Part shown: piece after piece, positions 61,168-64,000 of the stretch
Position numbering within the stretch: the stretch's first letter is position 1
How the letters are laid out: every line of letters starts with the position of its first letter
Source: Gammaproteobacteria bacterium
GTDB taxonomy: Bacteria > Pseudomonadota > Gammaproteobacteria > SZUA-152
Assembly: GCA_013152545.1 (NCBI GenBank)
Contig: JAADGF010000099.1
Location: forward strand, 9,906-73,905
Length of the DNA stretch: 64,000 nucleotides
Direction of reading: 5' to 3'
Notes under the pieces: generated by a model
What the model was told of the DNA's origin: nothing
What the model saw: the letters and a program-made list of their open reading frames with translations, nothing else
Database searches by the model: none
Program-made: the position numbers and the translations under genes

Positions 61168-63997
61168 CCCAATGTCCCTTTTCGTTGTAAGCTTTGATCT
61201 GATCTGCAAATCGCGCTATCGCCTGTTGAGACCTCGCATTAAAATCATAACCGTGCCAGTAAGGGTTTTGCACCACATCCAAATGCACGTGTGCGATCAT
61301 ATCGAACGAAAGCAACTCATAAATATTGCGCCACTCCCCTTCCAGCCGCAAGCTCAATCCCGGATTGATAATGTAGTGACCATGCTTTACTCGCAGAAAC
61401 AGTTTACGGTTATACTTGTCATCGCGACTAACCTCATTCTTTGATAATATACTGGAGATATAAGCACGCTTTTTCCGTCTCGCCGGCAACAGGTGTTCAG
61501 GAAAATGCGCTAACACTTCTGCAAAATCGCTGCTTTGAAAAGCCCCCCGTGTACGGGCAATTTTGCTCCCAAGCCGGGTATAGAACATCGCTATCATCAG
61601 GTTAAGCATCAGGAATTCCATTAAGCGTTTATCGATCTTAATCAATCGCTCATCCACCTGAATATCAACACAATCAGGTTCCAGCAGACGATAAACGGCG
61701 GGCAACTTTCTGTCACTGTATTTCGGGTCATCCAGCGCCTGTTCCAACGCAATCAGGAAGGCGCTAAACCCGGCATTATTAATCAATTCGGTATTGGCTC
61801 CTCGCGCTATTAACTCCCTGACCAATGTTTCATTACCCAGGCGGCTAGCGATCATTAACGGTGTCTGGTTGAAAAGATTGCGAAAATCGACACCGTACTG
61901 ATCTGTTTGCCGCAGCACGGCACCAGGGTGTTTCAACTCATAGGCCATATAGTATTTTTTGTTCAACAGCCGCAGCCCTTTATTAGGGGTTCTGGCGGGG
62001 GCAAATTCGGATTTAATCAGTGCATTCAAACGGGGTTGATCCCGATAGGCCAGTGCATATTCGAACAGGGTAATTTTTGCTTTTTTGTTATTCTCCTCAA
62101 TCGCCTTGTGCTGGAGCTGCTCCAGAGTCTCACCCCGTAATACCTCCCAGGGCACGGGTTTTTGCTTCAAAATCTGATCACGGATGTGCTCTGCCTGTTC
62201 CTGTTTACCCTGCATTTCCAGTCGTTGCGCTTCGACACGCCACTCTTCCAGGCTGGAGTCCTGTTTGTCCAGTTGCAGCCCCTCTTTAGAGGGCCGCAGG
62301 TCGAGCAGATCAAACAACCGCTGTTTGGTTGAGCGTTCGATAAGATAGATATTGCGCACTGCACGGGTAATCGCCACATAAAGGGCATTGATATGGAATT
62401 TATAGATCTCCAGGGACTTGTCGCTCTTATTTTTTACCCTGGCGTAATTCAGCCCTCGCTGTAGGTCCTCATGCTCCACGCCACGGGTAATTTCCCGAAA
62501 ACGTTGCTCTTCTTGCGAGATGAAATTGTAGAGCACAATATTTTCATACTCCAACCCCTTGGCCTCCTGCACCGAGAAAACCAGCGGCGTGCCGAAACAA
62601 GCCCTGGCTGCTGTCTTGTCTTCCGGGTGCATAACAATAACGGCAAAACGGGTTGAGTGGCGGGTCTTACTGTCGAGTTCACGCTTGACCCCCTCCTCGT
62701 CCGGTAGCAATACCACCTCCCCGGTATTGTGAGCATTACTCTCCACCAGATAGTTGCTCTCCTTATCAATCGAGCCGAAACGGGCGCTCTTGATCTTCAA
62801 CACCCGGTTGGATACCTCGGTCACCTGAGGGGAGTTGCGGTAGTTAGTATTGAGAATACGGATCAGATCAGTTTGCGGCGCTGCGTCCTCCCGTCGGTAG
62901 AAAAAGCTCTTGATTTTTGACCAGGAGAAAAAATTAGGATGCACAATCTGGTTCGAATCACCACAGAGAATAAAACCGGTGGGATCACGCAGTGACCTCA
63001 AAATAAGCTGCATCTGGATATTCGTCAAGTCCTGCACCTCATCCACAACAATGAAGTCATATCGTGGCTCAATTTTAGCGAGATATTCATGACTCAATAT
63101 ATTAGCATCGTAATAGCCTTGCTCATTCATGGTCTCCAGGTATTTGACAAACAGATCATAGGCCCGCTGCCGTTCCTCATGGGAGAAAATAGATTGTTTT
63201 ATTCCCAGGTTAAGGTAATCCTGCCGTGCGAGATAAGCGCAATCAATTGCCGGGCCCGTAATCACGCCTTTAAACTCTTCAAACAGCTGATGCGCATCCT
63301 TAAGGCCGCTTGCGGTACGGTGGCGGGTAAACCAGGCGGAGAATTCCTTGAAGTGCATCTCCCGCCCGGCAGGTACCTGAATACTTTCCAAAAACTCCTG
63401 AAAGGAGAGAAAGTCAATCTGTTGATCTTCGTTACTATAATCAGCGGCGAAATAAAGCCCCCTTGAATTATGCACCAGGTAGGGGGAACGGGTAACATAC
63501 AGTATATCGCCCATGGCCTCTTTCATTTTTTCCAGCGTCAATGCTGTTTTACCGCTACCGGCTGAGCCGATAATAATCAAAGGTGGCTGGTAGCGGTAAA
63601 CATCACGTTGCACTTCGTCAAAAGAGATAACCTTATCCAGCAGATTGAAGCTGGAATGTTGACGATTGAGGTAAATCAAAGGCTCTGGCTTCACTTCATC
63701 CAGAGATGTCAGAGTGGGCATCTTGGTCTCATCCACCGTAGCACCACGATTGAGAAAACGGGATTTTTCGTAGGCATGCTGCTCTATGCACTCCAGCACC
63801 AGGGCATAGACCTCCCCCTGGTAGCGCCGAATCGTAAACAACAAACGATTGCTGCGATCCAAGCGCGCACGATAAAGGTTATCCCCCACTTTCTTGACCT
63901 CGGCCGAACGGAAATCGTCAGCCTCCAGGTAAGATCTCATTTTCTTGATTCCGGGTATTTTGGCCGGATCAATTTCATTATAAAACAAAACTTTCAT
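61154..63997 (-). CDS. SF1B (Upf1/DNA2-like, AAA_11/AAA_12-type) helicase with RelE/ParE-like N-terminal domain, ankyrin repeats and uncharacterised C-terminal domain
   Basis: Walker A GSAGSGKT, motif II VVDEVQD, GDSNQ, VFSVQEAKGLEYENIVL and VAITRAVRNIYLI. N-terminus KKVGDNLYRARLDRSNRLLFTIRRYQGEVYALVLE. Ankyrin TPLMIASRLGNETLVRELIARGAN. The ATG sits 3 nt from the window end. Confidence 0.8.
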   Translation of the reverse strand: MKVLFYNEIDPAKIPGIKKMRSYLEADDFRSAEVKKVGDNLYRARLDRSNRLLFTIRRYQGEVYALVLECIEQHAYEKSRFLNRGATVDETKMPTLTSLDEVKPEPLIYLNRQHSSFNLLDKVISFDEVQRDVYRYQPPLIIIGSAGSGKTALTLEKMKEAMGDILYVTRSPYLVHNSRGLYFAADYSNEDQQIDFLSFQEFLESIQVPAGREMHFKEFSAWFTRHRTASGLKDAHQLFEEFKGVITGPAIDCAYLARQDYLNLGIKQSIFSHEERQRAYDLFVKYLETMNEQGYYDANILSHEYLAKIEPRYDFIVVDEVQDLTNIQMQLILRSLRDPTGFILCGDSNQIVHPNFFSWSKIKSFFYRREDAAPQTDLIRILNTNYRNSPQVTEVSNRVLKIKSARFGSIDKESNYLVESNAHNTGEVVLLPDEEGVKRELDSKTRHSTRFAVIVMHPEDKTAARACFGTPLVFSVQEAKGLEYENIVLYNFISQEEQRFREITRGVEHEDLQRGLNYARVKNKSDKSLEIYKFHINALYVAITRAVRNIYLIERSTKQRLFDLLDLRPSKEGLQLDKQDSSLEEWRVEAQRLEMQGKQEQAEHIRDQILKQKPVPWEVLRGETLEQLQHKAIEENNKKAKITLFEYALAYRDQPRLNALIKSEFAPARTPNKGLRLLNKKYYMAYELKHPGAVLRQTDQYGVDFRNLFNQTPLMIASRLGNETLVRELIARGANTELINNAGFSAFLIALEQALDDPKYSDRKLPAVYRLLEPDCVDIQVDERLIKIDKRLMEFLMLNLMIAMFYTRLGSKIARTRGAFQSSDFAEVLAHFPEHLLPARRKKRAYISSILSKNEVSRDDKYNRKLFLRVKHGHYIINPGLSLRLEGEWRNIYELLSFDMIAHVHLDVVQNPYWHGYDFNARSQQAIARFADQIKAYNEKGHWDESF

Positions 63998-64000
63998 ACG

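Noticed and set aside
61167-61209. Upstream start (61209, MQIRSKLTTKRDIGM…) for the SNF2 helicase
   Set aside because: The ATG at 61167 has a good RBS (AAGGGA) and gives the classic ATG…TGA overlap with the upstream gene. The longer N-terminus would be translated from within the preceding gene without an RBS.
1-64000. tRNA or rRNA genes
   Set aside because: I found no T-arm-like GGTTCGAATCC/GGTTCAAGTCC motifs with an appropriate acceptor-stem context, and no long stretch of rRNA-like composition.

Overview
This window is a chromosomal segment of a moderately AT-rich gammaproteobacterium (inference from strong similarity of RecJ, MoaB, YceF, MazG, Cfa and TatD to enterobacterial orthologues, plus marine-style accessory genes). 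I can support about 50 protein-coding genes and found no rRNA, tRNA or CRISPR array. Housekeeping genes (recJ, moaB, cobT-cobC-cobS, catalase, mazG, tatD, yceF, cfa) are interleaved with accessory or poorly characterised genes:
- a 2-oxoacid:ferredoxin oxidoreductase operon (truncated at the left edge) fused to an amino-acid permease;
- a class I cytochrome c followed by a Cyc2-like fused cytochrome-porin;
- a decayed glutamate dehydrogenase pseudogene next to a frameshifted cfa;
- a 952-aa PD40/PKD lipoprotein;
- two stand-alone HDOD proteins;
- a DctP-like protein with no signal peptide;
- a 1390-aa hybrid sensor kinase preceded by a membrane-anchored binding-protein partner;
- an AttFGH/YbbAP-like ABC cluster.
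My best candidate for an undescribed (defence-like or DNA-surveillance) system sits at the right edge. It is a tightly packed three-gene helicase module: a Upf1-like SF1B helicase with a RelE/ParE-like N-terminal domain and ankyrin repeats, an SNF2 helicase, and a SWIM zinc-finger protein extended by a lysine-rich linker and an HTH. The module may continue beyond the window. The window also carries at least seven copies of a ~190-bp MITE-like element with TATACCCATAGC terminal inverted repeats; two copies supply the stop codons of neighbouring genes. A second ~120-bp intergenic repeat occurs twice. There are also several short tandem-repeat arrays in promoter regions and a G10 homopolymer tract.
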